64,000 bases of DNA, taken from the NCBI GenBank assembly GCA_963827235.1, contig CAWHAE010000009.1, positions 448,001 through 512,000 of the forward strand, read 5' to 3'. The number at the start of each line of letters is the position of its first letter. Within the stretch, counting starts at the first letter, position 1. The DNA comes from an uncultured bacterium (GTDB lineage: Bacteria > Chloroflexota > UBA5177 > JANWHV01). The notes beneath the pieces are model-generated. The model was not told the origin of the DNA. It ran no database searches and saw only the letters and a program-made list of their open reading frames with translations. Of the stretch, positions 10,730 through 21,080 are shown in pieces. The position numbers were made by a program, and so were the translations under genes.

Positions 10730-11356
10730 TTGCCGTCCTCGCACAATTCGCCGGAAGTGCTGCTGTTCGATCTCGGCGGCGTGCTCGTCGAGCTCACGGG
10801 TGTGCCCTTGATGCTGGAGTGGCTCGACCACTCGATGACCGTCGACGAGCTCTGGCGCCGCTGGCTGTTGTCGCCGATCGTGCGCCGGTTTGAGATTGGC
10901 CAGGCATCGGTCGACGAATTCGGGGCCGGACTGGTCGCGGAGTTCGGGCTTCCGGTCGAGTCCCGCGAGTTCGTCGACGTGTTCACCTGCTGGCCGCGGG
11001 GCGTCTACGACGGCGTGATCCCCCTACTGCAGTCGCTCAAGGGCTCATACCGGCTGGCATGCTTCTCCAATACCAATGAGCTGCACTGGGCGCGGCTCTG
11101 CGGCGAGATGGGTCTTGGCCAGTGCTTTGATGCCAGCTTTCCCTCGCACCTGATCGGCTGCCTGAAGCCGGATAGAGAGGCATTCGAGTTCGTGATCAGG
11201 GCGCTGGGCTGCGCGCCGGATCGCATACTCTTTCTCGACGACAACCTGCTGAACGTCGAAGGTGCGCGTGCGGCCGGCATCGTGGCCTATCGCACGCAGG
11301 GATTCCCCGCCGTGGTGCAGATGCTGGCCGATCTGGGCGTATCGAAGCACATGTGA
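10730..11356 (+). CDS. HAD family phosphatase (YihX-like)
   Basis: FDLGGVL, FSNTN, KPD, FLDD..NVEGA. Confidence 0.88.
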   Translation: MPSSHNSPEVLLFDLGGVLVELTGVPLMLEWLDHSMTVDELWRRWLLSPIVRRFEIGQASVDEFGAGLVAEFGLPVESREFVDVFTCWPRGVYDGVIPLLQSLKGSYRLACFSNTNELHWARLCGEMGLGQCFDASFPSHLIGCLKPDREAFEFVIRALGCAPDRILFLDDNLLNVEGARAAGIVAYRTQGFPAVVQMLADLGVSKHM

Positions 11357-11388
11357 CTGGTAGGGAGACTTCCGTGGAAGCCGCGCCG

Positions 11389-12003
11389 TCAGGGTTCCGT
11401 GCCATCAGGGTACGCTTGGTCCTCGACGCTCGGAGCGCGGATCATCAGCGTCTCGACCGGTGGATGAACCTCGATCACGGCGTGCGGCGCAGCTACCTCT
11501 TGCCGCCAGGTTGAGTCCCGGTGCACCACGTGCGTGATGTGCTCTGGAATCTCCAGCAGACCGCGGCAAAGAAACGCGGGATAGACTCGCAGGCCGCCGG
11601 TCAGCGATTCCAGTGGAAACCAGCGGAACGTGCACGGTTGCGGCCCGTCCAGCGCAGAAAAGCACCGACGCAGGTCCAGCATCGGCGACCCGTGCGCGAA
11701 CTCCATCAGATAGTACAGCCCAAGCTCGTGGCAGGGAATGCCGGCTTCCACGAAGAAGTTCTCCGCGACCCACACCAGCCGTCCCACGGTCACGGACTCG
11801 CCGCATTCCTCGATCATCTCGCGGGCCAGCGTGCCGCCGGAAGACTCACCGGCCTCGCAGCGGCCGCCCGGCAGGAACCAGAAGCCGGACCCCTCCGCCT
11901 GCTGGAGCATAACGTGGCCGTCGTGAAGCGCGACGCCGGCTACCCTGTAGTTGAAGTGAACTCCATCAACCTCGAACGCGACCATCAACCCTCCGAGCGG
12001 CAC
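11389..12003 (-). CDS. NUDIX hydrolase
   Basis: FNYRVAGV, LPGGRCEAGESSGGTLAREMIEECG, ENFF, HELGLYY. Confidence 0.85.
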   Translation of the reverse strand: MPLGGLMVAFEVDGVHFNYRVAGVALHDGHVMLQQAEGSGFWFLPGGRCEAGESSGGTLAREMIEECGESVTVGRLVWVAENFFVEAGIPCHELGLYYLMEFAHGSPMLDLRRCFSALDGPQPCTFRWFPLESLTGGLRVYPAFLCRGLLEIPEHITHVVHRDSTWRQEVAAPHAVIEVHPPVETLMIRAPSVEDQAYPDGTEP

Positions 12004-12135
12004 TCCAATGTCTCACGGTCTGGGTATCCAGTATAGACGACGGCCGGACCGCGGCTCGGACACTGTGGTGGTAAGCATGGTTGTCGATGCGCACCGGACC
12101 AACGTCAGGACCTCGTACACTGCACAGAGGTCTGC

Positions 12136-12993
12136 GTGTTGGGAGAGAAGAAGGCGATGATACCTGAAGATCACCGGCAGGTCGGCGACATGTACAACGC
12201 GTCTTTCCCATGGTCATGGAGCTTCGAGCACGAGGCGATTCGGCTCGAGCAGCGGAGCCCTGTGGAGTACGCCGTCACACTGCGCTACCTCGACCGCTTT
12301 ATCCAGCCGGGCCAGATGGTTGCCGACATCGGCGTTGGGGCGGGTCATTACAGCGAGCACCTGGCGCGGCACGGCTGTGCCATCCATCTGATCGACGTCT
12401 CGCAGCGCCTGCTCGACGCCGCCGTCGCCCGGCTCCGTATTGCTGGGCTGGAGGACCGGATCCAGGGCGTCCACTGTGCTTCGGCGGCGGCACTTACCCC
12501 GTTGGCAGATGCTTCTTGCGATGCCGCACTGATGCTGGGCCCGCTCTATCACCTCGGCAGGGCAAGCGAGCGCGCACAGGCGATCGCCGAGACCGCGCGT
12601 ATCCTGCGGCCAAGAGGCGTGATCCTGGCAGCCGGCATCAACCGCCTCATCTTCCTGGGCGATGCGTTGCGCGATTCGCCGAACGGGACGGAGTACCGCC
12701 TGGACTCCCTCCAGCGGTTCTGGGAGGACGGCAGCCTCGACACGGTCGATGCGCGTCTTCCCGCTGCGGTGCATCTGGCCACGGCTGCCGAGTTCCAGAG
12801 CGAGCTGAGCGCCGCGTTCACGCCTCTGCAGTTTGCCGGCACCGAGTCGTTCGCCAGCCGGCTCGTCGAGCAGTTCCAGGCGGCGACGCCGGAGAGCCAG
12901 AGGATCTGGCTGGATCTGGTCGAGCAGACCGGCACAACTCCGGAGGGCATCGGAGCCACGACGCACTTTCTCTACGCCGGCCGTAAGTCCTGA
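12136..12993 (+). CDS. Class I SAM-dependent methyltransferase (similar to 4458..5273)
   Basis: VADIGVGAGHY, LGPLYHL, HFLYAGRK. Start codon uncertain. Confidence 0.85.
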   Translation: MLGEKKAMIPEDHRQVGDMYNASFPWSWSFEHEAIRLEQRSPVEYAVTLRYLDRFIQPGQMVADIGVGAGHYSEHLARHGCAIHLIDVSQRLLDAAVARLRIAGLEDRIQGVHCASAAALTPLADASCDAALMLGPLYHLGRASERAQAIAETARILRPRGVILAAGINRLIFLGDALRDSPNGTEYRLDSLQRFWEDGSLDTVDARLPAAVHLATAAEFQSELSAAFTPLQFAGTESFASRLVEQFQAATPESQRIWLDLVEQTGTTPEGIGATTHFLYAGRKS

Positions 12994-13709
12994 CGCTGCC
13001 CGCCTATCAGGGTCAAGAGCTCGGGCAAAGAGGCAATCTCCGGCCCCTGCCAGTTTTCGACGTCGGGGCGCTGCGTGTCGTAGCGATCGTCGCCGGCGCC
13101 GCGAATGAGGACGGCCCGCATGCCCACGCCCTGGGCGCCGCTCAGCTCCTGGCTGCTGCCATCGCCGACGTAGAGGCAACGTGCTGCCTGCACGCCCAGC
13201 TGCTCGCAGACGAGGGCGTAGATTCGAGGGTCGGGTTTCTGAAGATGAACGGCGCAGGAGAAGATCGGTGCATCGACGAGAGGGGCAAACGGTGTCTGCG
13301 ACCAGAGGCGGGGTACGGCCGGAGCGCAATCGCTGATCAACCCGATCTTGTAGCCTGCTGCACGCAGGGTAGCCAACACATCGCAGGCCCCGTGTCGCGG
13401 GACCAGTCCGGCGCGGGTGAAATCGAGCATGATCTCGGTAGCCAGAGCGACTTGCTCGTCGCCCGCCTCCGCGCCCAGCCCTCGACAAATGTACGTGATG
13501 TTGTCTTCCACGCCGGCCAGAGTGCCCAGCACCCGCATCGGCCAGGTGGCCTCGATCCACCACTGCATGAAGTCCGCACGCGGCACGCGCAGTACGGCGG
13601 CCATGCGCTCCAGCGCGGCGTCATGCGGGCGGACCGAGAACGTGTCCACCAGCGTGCCGAAGAGATCGAAGATGACGGCGTCGTAAGGCATGCGGGCAGC
13701 GCTGTTCAT
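12972..13709 (-). CDS. HAD family hydrolase
   Basis: FDLFGTLV, ISD, KPDPRIY, VGDG. Confidence 0.88.
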   Translation of the reverse strand: MNSAARMPYDAVIFDLFGTLVDTFSVRPHDAALERMAAVLRVPRADFMQWWIEATWPMRVLGTLAGVEDNITYICRGLGAEAGDEQVALATEIMLDFTRAGLVPRHGACDVLATLRAAGYKIGLISDCAPAVPRLWSQTPFAPLVDAPIFSCAVHLQKPDPRIYALVCEQLGVQAARCLYVGDGSSQELSGAQGVGMRAVLIRGAGDDRYDTQRPDVENWQGPEIASLPELLTLIGGQRQDLRPA

Positions 13710-14015
13710 GTGAGGGTGACCTCGTCACCGACCAGTATCATCTGAAGACGTCCAGTAATGGCCTGCGAGGCCAGGTTCTCCCAGGCGTGGCCATAGAAGG
13801 GGACGCGCCCGGCTGGACACCGCACCGGCTGCAATCTCGTTCCCATATCCGTCATATCCGTCAATGTACCGATCGACTCTGATCGCTCCTTGCGTTGCCG
13901 GCAGTCTCACCTTGCGCGAGGCGCTCCAAGCTCGTCCAGCTCCGGCACTTCCCAGGAGCATCGCTACTGTACAATTGTCGCGGCGAGCGCACGCGGCGCC
14001 GAATAGGAGGCGAAG

Positions 14016-14369
14016 ATGTGCCGGCGCACCATCGAGGCATATGATCGCATTGCCGGGGAGTTCGCGCGAGTCCACGCCGCCATGCCGGACGCTCTGACCG
14101 AATACGGCCGTCGCTTTCCGTCACTATTCGGTTCAGAGGCATGGATCTTGAGCGTTTGGCTGGGCATGGGTCGCGACGCCGAAGGCGAGGCGTGCCAGTG
14201 TGCCTCCGTCGATGGCGGCAGAGTGATCGAGCGCTGGTTCACTCGCCGCCGAGAGTCTGAGCTGCGGGCGATCCCGGAGTGGCGCACGACAGTGGACGGC
14301 AGCCGGCATTGGTTGCACTTCCTCGCCTCGGCCCGAAATGCCGGCGGAGGGATTGGAGAGCACGATTGA
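14016..14369 (+). pseudogene. Internally deleted SAM methyltransferase remnant
   Basis: N-terminus RTIEAYDRIAGEF, degenerate motif I (ILSVWLGMGRDA), then C-terminal-like RWFT...WLHFLA. Too short for the fold. Confidence 0.4.
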
Positions 14370-14941
14370 TGATCGGTACGTCCGTTGCGCCCGCTCCCTG
14401 GCTGCTGGCCATGCGCGGCCTGCCCGGCGCGGGCAAGAGCACGCTGAGTCGCGCACTGAGCCGCGAGCTTGGGTGGCCGCTCATCGACAAGGACGACTGC
14501 AAAGACATCCTGGACGGACGAGCCGGCGATGCCGGCGGCTTGGCCTACGCAATCATGCTCAACGTGGCCCGCCGCCAGCTGTGTCTTGGGCTGAGCGTGA
14601 TCGCCGACAGCCCGTTATCGTTCGAACGCTTCTACCTGCAGGCTCGCGAGATCACCGCCGCCTGCCATGCCGGGCTTGCCGTGCTGGAATGCCGCTGTGC
14701 CGACGACGTGGAATGGCAGCGACGCATCGACGGGCGCAAGGCGCTCGCACTGCCTGCCCATCATCAAGTGGACTGGGCGTCGTTCCAGGTTACTCGAGCC
14801 GAGTGGGTGCGGCGCGCCGGCTACCCGATACGCGATCCTCACCTGGTGGTGGATACCTTGAGACCGATCCCCGAGCTGCTCGCAGACGTGACGGCGTGGC
14901 TCACGAGCGCGAGGGCGGCTCTATCCCGTACCGGACCATGA
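14369..14941 (+). CDS. P-loop kinase/AAA_33 family ATPase
   Basis: Walker A GLPGAGKST, LIDKDD, SVIADS. Confidence 0.85.
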   Translation: MIGTSVAPAPWLLAMRGLPGAGKSTLSRALSRELGWPLIDKDDCKDILDGRAGDAGGLAYAIMLNVARRQLCLGLSVIADSPLSFERFYLQAREITAACHAGLAVLECRCADDVEWQRRIDGRKALALPAHHQVDWASFQVTRAEWVRRAGYPIRDPHLVVDTLRPIPELLADVTAWLTSARAALSRTGP

Positions 14942-15168
14942 GCGCCTGCAGTCTCTCCCTGATGTGCTGCCGGAGCTCGCCGTGCCGCTCCTCAGAAAAG
15001 GCGTGCTCGGGTGCCGCCCGCTGTTCGCGCGGATAGCGCCGCACCGGACCGCCGATGAGTGAGCCGCGGCGAAGCCGGCTACTCTCGGCAAGTTCCAGGT
15101 ACGGGTATCTTGAGTGTGGGTTGTAGAATAGGGCTGCCGCCAAGAGACGGCAACGGGGAGCAAAGCAC

Positions 15169-16038
15169 ATGGAAGAGCGGACAATCGGCGCGCGGCGGGT
15201 GAGCGAGCTGGGTTACGGCGGCATGTATCTGTCGGTGCAGGGAAGGCCGGCGGAGACGCAGGCCCTCGAGACGTTGAAGGCGGTGCTCGACGGCGGCGTC
15301 ACGCTGATCGACACGGCCGACGCGTACTGCCTCAACGACGGCGACGTGGGGCACAACGAGCGGCTGATTGCCAAGGCCCTGGCAGCGGCGGGCAGGTCGC
15401 GCGATGAAGTCCTCGTGGCCACAAAGGGCGGCCACACGCGCCTGCCAAACGGCGGCTGGGACGTGAATGGCCGGCCCGACTACCTGCGCAAGGCCTGCGA
15501 CGCCAGCCTCAAGGCGCTCGGCGTCGAGGTGATCGACCTCTACCAGTATCACAGGCCCGACCCGAAGGTACCGTACGAGGAGGCTATCGGCGCGGTTGCC
15601 GAGTTGCAGCGGGCCGGCAAGGTGCGCATGGTCGGCGTATCCAACGTCTCGCTTGCCCAGCTCGATACGGCCCAGCGCCTGGTAGAGGTGGTCAGCGTGC
15701 AGAACGAATTCCATCATTGGCATCGTGGGGACGAGAAGAATGGCGTGCTGCAAGCCTGCACCGAGCGCGGCATCGCCTACCTCCCCTACTCCCCCTTCGG
15801 CGGCGGCAGCCGTGCCAAGCACCTGGGGGAGATCGCGGCCATCGCCGAGGTGGCGCGCAAGCACAACGCGACGCCCTACCAGGTGGTGCTGGCCTGGCTG
15901 CTGGCCAAATCGCCGGTGATCGTGCCTATCCCGTGCACTACACGCGCCGAGCGCGTGCGCGACAACCTGGGAGCGGCGAGCCTGCAGCTCAGCGCCGAGG
16001 ATATCCGTGCGGTGGACGAGGCGAAGCCGGCTGCCTGA
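15169..16038 (+). CDS. Aldo/keto reductase
   Basis: IDTADAY, ATKGG, IDLYQYHRPD, GVSN, PYSPFGG, PIP. Confidence 0.92.
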   Translation: MEERTIGARRVSELGYGGMYLSVQGRPAETQALETLKAVLDGGVTLIDTADAYCLNDGDVGHNERLIAKALAAAGRSRDEVLVATKGGHTRLPNGGWDVNGRPDYLRKACDASLKALGVEVIDLYQYHRPDPKVPYEEAIGAVAELQRAGKVRMVGVSNVSLAQLDTAQRLVEVVSVQNEFHHWHRGDEKNGVLQACTERGIAYLPYSPFGGGSRAKHLGEIAAIAEVARKHNATPYQVVLAWLLAKSPVIVPIPCTTRAERVRDNLGAASLQLSAEDIRAVDEAKPAA

Positions 16039-16060
16039 GCGATGGCCTGCCGCCGGCCCT

Positions 16061-17251
16061 TTAGCTCCGTGGCTTCCTGGTGGTCATACTGATCAGCACG
16101 ACCATGGTAGCAATGACCACTACCAGGAAGACTACCAGCTTGATGGCCCGGTCGACCGCGAGGTCGACCAGGCCAAGCGCCGTGCACACGCCATAGAAGA
16201 TGAGCACGATCTGCTGCTGGCTGAAGCCGCGCTGGAGCAGCCGGTGATGCAGGTGCTCGTTGTCGGCGCTGAAGAACGGCTTCCCTTCCAGGGGGCGGCG
16301 CACGAACAGCCACGCCGTGTCCAGAATCGGCACCGTCAAGATCAGGAGGGCGGTGCCGATTTTGGCCGGACCCAGGATGGCCAGCCCGCCCAGCGTGTAC
16401 CCGGCGAACTGGGCACCCGCATCGCCCAGAAAGATGCTGGCCGGCGCCCAGTTATAAAAGAGGAATCCCAGCAGGGCGGCCGCCAGGATCAGCGGCGGCA
16501 GCAGCAGCACCTCGCTGCCGAGCAGCGTGCTGGCGCCCTCGCCGTGCGTCGCACCGCTCCAGATCGCCAGCAGAATGGCCGCGATCATCACCACGCCGGT
16601 CGCCAGGCCGTCCAGACCGTCCATGAAATTGACCGTGTTCATCATGCCCACGATCCAAAACATGGTAAACGCCATGCCCAGCGAGATGCCCAGAAAGGAG
16701 GGCGTGAGAAGAATCTGCAGATGCTTCTCCGGATGCGCGTAGAGAAAGTGCAGGCTGCTCAGGGGATTGGAGACGCCGTGCACCGGATCGAGCCCTCCGA
16801 ACAGCGCCGCCGCCGCCGCCAGCAGCTGGCCGAGGAAGTGCACCGACGGGCGCAGGCCGCGCGTGTTGCGGCTGGTCAGCACGTCGTCACACACGCCTAC
16901 GAGCACGGCAACCGTGGCACCCAGGAGCAGGCCGCGGAACTGCTTGAGCGTCTGCTCCCCGATCAGAAACGAGGTATTCAACGCGTCGTGGCGGGCACCG
17001 GTCAGGGGCATGAACAGCATCATGCCGGCGGCAAAAGCGGCGAAGAGTGCCACGCCGCCCAGGTACGGCACGGGCCGCACGTGCACGTCACGGGAGCGTA
17101 CGGGCGCCAGGATCCGGTAGCGGCAAGCGAACTTGGTGAGCAGGGGCGTGAAGACGAGGGATAAGCCCAGGACACAGGCGGCAGTGATGATACACTGTAA
17201 CGCGAGGTACTCGTCGCCGAACGCGCGGTGTACAAGGTCCACGAAGAGCAA
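16061..17251 (-). CDS. Glycosyltransferase family 4 (WecA/TagO/MraY-like polyprenyl-phosphate sugar-1-phosphate transferase)
   Basis: VPYLGG, GVCDD, NTVNFMDGLDGL, FLGDAG, PILDT, ADNEHLHH; multiple TM helices. Confidence 0.9.
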   Translation of the reverse strand: MLFVDLVHRAFGDEYLALQCIITAACVLGLSLVFTPLLTKFACRYRILAPVRSRDVHVRPVPYLGGVALFAAFAAGMMLFMPLTGARHDALNTSFLIGEQTLKQFRGLLLGATVAVLVGVCDDVLTSRNTRGLRPSVHFLGQLLAAAAALFGGLDPVHGVSNPLSSLHFLYAHPEKHLQILLTPSFLGISLGMAFTMFWIVGMMNTVNFMDGLDGLATGVVMIAAILLAIWSGATHGEGASTLLGSEVLLLPPLILAAALLGFLFYNWAPASIFLGDAGAQFAGYTLGGLAILGPAKIGTALLILTVPILDTAWLFVRRPLEGKPFFSADNEHLHHRLLQRGFSQQQIVLIFYGVCTALGLVDLAVDRAIKLVVFLVVVIATMVVLISMTTRKPRS

Positions 17252-17315
17252 ATCTCCTCTGGGGGCGGTGGTTTTCTCACATCGCTTCGGGGCGATCTTA
17301 CCTCAAATGGACTAT

Positions 17316-17345
17316 TTGACACCATCGGAAAGCTGTGCATATCAT
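17316..17345 (+). promoter_or_regulatory. Candidate sigma70 promoter for tRNA-Leu/tig operon
   Basis: TTGACA, 18 nt spacer, TATCAT. Confidence 0.5.
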
Positions 17346-17410
17346 GGGTCAAAGGCTCTCTGCCTTCTCCATGGTCATCATGAGCCCACGTTCATGCCAG
17401 TGCTTCGTTG

Positions 17411-17495
17411 GGGGAAGTGTCGGAATCGGTAGACGGGCATGACTTAGGATCATGTGCAGCAATGCGTGAGGGTTCGAGTCCCTCCTTCCCCACCA
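17411..17495 (+). tRNA. tRNA-Leu (anticodon TAG)
   Basis: Acceptor stem GGGGAAG/CTTCCCC followed by ACCA. Anticodon arm CATGA-CTTAGGA-TCATG, long variable arm, GGTTCGAGTCC T-loop. Typical position upstream of tig. Confidence 0.96.
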
Positions 17496-17633
17496 CTGCC
17501 CCAAAGGCGAGGAGTGATGCCGCGGTTCTAGCCGTCCCCGGCCTCGAGAATTGGGGGGCTCGGGGGAAGCACGGCGAGAGCGCGGTAACGCTCTGCATGC
17601 ATACACAGTGTCAGGGAGTGAGGTCGAAGACCC

Positions 17634-19088
17634 GTGCGGGTTGAAGTTGAACATCTTCCAGAGAGTCAGGTACAGCTCCAAATAGAGATCGATCCGGATG
17701 CGCTGGGTCAGGCCGTCGGACGCGCCTATCAGCGGCTGGCCGGCAAGTACCGGGTGCCGGGCTTCCGGCCCGGCAAGGCACCCCGAGCAGTGCTCGAGCG
17801 CGCCATCGGTCCAGAAGCGCTGCTGAGTGAAGCGGCAGACATAGCGATCAACGATGCCTACTCGCAGGCTATTAAAGATCACGACCTCCATCCCCTTGGC
17901 TACCCCGACCTGCAATCGCCAAAGGCCGAGGAAATCGACGCCCAAAAGCCCTTGAGCTTCACGGCCACGGTCTACATCCGGCCCGAGGTGCAGCTCGGCG
18001 ACTACGCGTCTGTTCGCCTCACGCCGGAAACGCCGGAGATCTCGGCAGACGACGTGGACCGCTTCTTGAAAGAGCTCGCGGACCAGCAGGCGGCGTGGGT
18101 CGCCGTCGAGGACGGCGCCGCGGAGATGGGCGACCTGGCCACGCTGCGCGTGCTGGCCAAGGTCGAGGAGGAGACGCTGGTCGACCAGGAAGCCTGGGAT
18201 TACCAGCTGCGCGAGGGTGAAGCGCCGAACGTGCCGATTCCTGGGCTTTCCCAGCGTCTGGTCGGCATGCGCAAAGGTGACGTGAAGGACGAGACCATCG
18301 AGCTGCCGGCTGATTACGTGCCTTCGTCCTATGCAGGCAAGCAGCTTGCTCTGCATGTCGAGGTGCTCAAGATCGAGCGAAAGCACGCGCCCGAGATCGA
18401 CGACGCGTTCGCCCTGAGCGTTGCCAAGGTCGACTCCCTTACCGCCCTTCGCGAGCGGCTTACCACCAACATGCAGGCCCAGGCCCGGCGCCGGGCCCTG
18501 GATGAATACGTGGAAAAGGTGGTCGATGAAGTCGTCAAGCAGGCCGCCGTCTCGGTGCCACCGCCGCTCGTCGACGAGGAGCTCGAAGACATGATGCGGC
18601 AGGTCCAGGAGTCCGTCGAGCGCGAGCGAAAGATCTCGATGGATACCTATGCCCGCATTCTCGGCAAGACCGTGGAGCAGATGCGCGCGGATGCGCGACC
18701 GAATGCCGAGCAGCGCGTGCGCACGGACCTCGTTCTCGACGCCATTGCCAAAGTGGAGAGCATCGAGGCACCCGATAGCGAGATCGACGCGCAGGTCCAT
18801 CTGCTTGCCAGCCAGCCGACCTATAGCAATAAGGAGCGGCGCCGCCTGCTTGCATCCGATGCATTGCGGCAGCGAATTGCCACCAAGTTGCGGAAGAGGT
18901 ATGTCATTAATCGGTTGCTCGAGATAGCCAGCCCGGATGGTCACGCGGACATGGCCGAGAGCGTGGAAAGCGTGGCCCAGGGTGTACCGGCGACGGTGGT
19001 TGCCGAGCAAGCGACGGAATCCAGGCCGGAAGCGACGAGCGTGCAGGAAGCGAGCGAGCCTGGTCAGCAGAACGAAGAGGAGAACTGA
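17634..19088 (+). CDS. tig: Trigger factor
   Basis: [10 protein letters not shown] ribosome-binding signature; precedes clpP-clpX. Confidence 0.95.
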   Translation: MRVEVEHLPESQVQLQIEIDPDALGQAVGRAYQRLAGKYRVPGFRPGKAPRAVLERAIGPEALLSEAADIAINDAYSQAIKDHDLHPLGYPDLQSPKAEEIDAQKPLSFTATVYIRPEVQLGDYASVRLTPETPEISADDVDRFLKELADQQAAWVAVEDGAAEMGDLATLRVLAKVEEETLVDQEAWDYQLREGEAPNVPIPGLSQRLVGMRKGDVKDETIELPADYVPSSYAGKQLALHVEVLKIERKHAPEIDDAFALSVAKVDSLTALRERLTTNMQAQARRRALDEYVEKVVDEVVKQAAVSVPPPLVDEELEDMMRQVQESVERERKISMDTYARILGKTVEQMRADARPNAEQRVRTDLVLDAIAKVESIEAPDSEIDAQVHLLASQPTYSNKERRRLLASDALRQRIATKLRKRYVINRLLEIASPDGHADMAESVESVAQGVPATVVAEQATESRPEATSVQEASEPGQQNEEEN

Positions 19089-19090
19089 CG

Positions 19091-19696
19091 ATGGGCCTCG
19101 TGCCGATGGTCGTCGAGTCCACAAACCGTGGAGAGCGTGCGTACGATATTTTCTCGCGCATGCTCAAAGACCGCATTATCTTTATCACCACGCCGATCGA
19201 GCCGCAGATGGCCAGCCTGGTAGTGGCGCAGCTCCTCTTCTTGCAGAGCGAAGACGCAGAGCGCGACATCAGCATCTACATCAGCAGCCCTGGCGGTCAG
19301 GTGACCGCCGGCCTGGCGATTTACGACACCATGCAGCAGATCAAGCCCGATGTGGCTACATATTGTATGGGTATGTGCGCGAGCATGGCTTCGGTTCTGC
19401 TCGCCGCCGGCACGAAGGGCAAGCGCTATGCACTGCCCAATTCGGAGATCATGATTCACCAGGGCAGCGCCGGCTTCCAGGGCGCTACTCCCGACATCGA
19501 GATTCAATCGCGCTGGATCATCCGCTCGGTTCGCCGGCTGAACCAGATCCTGGCACACCACTGTGGCCAGCCGTATGAGAAGATTGATGTCGACACGAAA
19601 CGCGATTACTTCATGACCGCGAAGGAGGCCAAAGACTACGGACTCGTGGACGAGGTGCTCGTCAACGCAAGCTTCCCTGAACTCGCGGAGGACTAA
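19091..19696 (+). CDS. clpP: ATP-dependent Clp protease proteolytic subunit
   Basis: [38 protein letters not shown]. Confidence 0.97.
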   Translation: MGLVPMVVESTNRGERAYDIFSRMLKDRIIFITTPIEPQMASLVVAQLLFLQSEDAERDISIYISSPGGQVTAGLAIYDTMQQIKPDVATYCMGMCASMASVLLAAGTKGKRYALPNSEIMIHQGSAGFQGATPDIEIQSRWIIRSVRRLNQILAHHCGQPYEKIDVDTKRDYFMTAKEAKDYGLVDEVLVNASFPELAED

Positions 19697-19701
19697 CGAC
19701 C

Positions 19702-20985
19702 ATGGCCAACACGAAGCCGCCTCGTGTCCAGTATCGCTGCTCGTTCTGCGGCAAAAGCCAGGAGCAGGTTCACAGGCTTATCGCAGGTCCTGGTGGCGTC
19801 TACATCTGCGATGAATGCATCGACCTGTGCCGCGAGATCATCGAAGAGGAACAAGCGAACGCGCCAAAGCAGAAACTCCCTATTACCAAGATCCCGCCTC
19901 CCAAGCGTATCTTCGAGCAGCTCAACCAGTACGTGGTCGGGCAGAACCGCGCCAAGCGCGTGCTCTCCGTTGCCGTCTATAACCACTACAAGCGCGTAGC
20001 AGCGGGCATGCAGATCGACGACGTCGAGCTGCAGAAGAGCAACATCCTGCTCGTCGGCCCCACCGGCTGCGGCAAGACGCTGCTGGCCCAGACCCTGGCG
20101 CGCGTGCTGGACGTTCCCTTCTGCATCGCCGACGCCACGGCGCTCACCGAGGCTGGCTACGTGGGCGAGGACGTGGAGAACATCTTGCTTCGCCTGATTC
20201 AGGCGGCGGACTTCGACATCCCGCGGGCCGAGAAGGGCATCGTCTATATCGACGAGATCGACAAGATCTCGCGCAAGTCCGACAACCCGTCGATCACGCG
20301 CGACGTGTCGGGCGAGGGCGTACAGCAGGCACTGCTGAAGATCGTCGAGGGGACGATCGCCAACGTCCCGCCACAAGGCGGCCGGAAGCATCCGCACCAG
20401 GATTTCATCCAGATCAACACGTCGAATATCCTCTTCATCTGCGGCGGCGCCTTTGAAGGGCTCGACAAGATCATCGACAACCGGCTGAACAAGCACAAGC
20501 GGCTTGGCTTCCAGACCTCCGAGGCTGCTGAAGAGCCGAGCGAGGCGCAGAAGCAGGTCATCCCCGAGGATCTTCTGCAATACGGCCTTATCCCCGAGTT
20601 CGTGGGACGCCTGCCGGTGGTAGTCATGCTCGAGGCGCTGGACGAGGATACCCTGATCAAGATCATGACCGAGCCGAAGAATGCAATCGTCAAGCAATAC
20701 AAGAAATTCTTCGATCTCGACAAGGTGGAGCTGGTCTTCACGCAGGAAGCGATCCGGGCCACGGCGCGCGAAGCGCTCAAGCACAAGACCGGCGCGCGCG
20801 GCCTACGCACCATCGTCGAGGAAGTTCTGCTCGACGTGATGTACGAGATTCCGTCTCGGCAGGATATCCGTCGCTGCAAGATTACCGAGAAGGTGATCCT
20901 CAAGGAGGAAAGTCCGATTCTCGAGCCGGTGCGTCTGCCCGCGCGCGACGAAGAAGACCTCCTGGTCCAAGACGAGCCTGCTTGA
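19702..20985 (+). CDS. clpX: ATP-dependent Clp protease ATP-binding subunit
   Basis: C4 zinc finger [39 protein letters not shown] loop, TGARGLR. Confidence 0.98.
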   Translation: MANTKPPRVQYRCSFCGKSQEQVHRLIAGPGGVYICDECIDLCREIIEEEQANAPKQKLPITKIPPPKRIFEQLNQYVVGQNRAKRVLSVAVYNHYKRVAAGMQIDDVELQKSNILLVGPTGCGKTLLAQTLARVLDVPFCIADATALTEAGYVGEDVENILLRLIQAADFDIPRAEKGIVYIDEIDKISRKSDNPSITRDVSGEGVQQALLKIVEGTIANVPPQGGRKHPHQDFIQINTSNILFICGGAFEGLDKIIDNRLNKHKRLGFQTSEAAEEPSEAQKQVIPEDLLQYGLIPEFVGRLPVVVMLEALDEDTLIKIMTEPKNAIVKQYKKFFDLDKVELVFTQEAIRATAREALKHKTGARGLRTIVEEVLLDVMYEIPSRQDIRRCKITEKVILKEESPILEPVRLPARDEEDLLVQDEPA

Positions 20986-21019
20986 TACCAGGGCGGTAAG
21001 TCCCAACGGCAGATAGTAT

Positions 21020-21055
21020 GACGAGAGCCCGGCGCGGTTGCGCCGGGCTCTCGTC
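21020..21055. terminator. Bidirectional hairpin terminator between convergent clpX and the DUF3352-like gene
   Basis: GACGAGAGCCCGGCGC-GGTT-GCGCCGGGCTCTCGTC, a perfect 16 bp stem with no U-tract. Confidence 0.75.
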
Positions 21056-21080
21056 GCGTCGGTGACGTCGTGCGGCGGAC

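Noticed and set aside
17411-17640. tRNA-Leu as a possible integration site
   Set aside because: No integrase or duplicated tRNA 3' end was seen; tRNA-tig-clpP-clpX is the normal arrangement.
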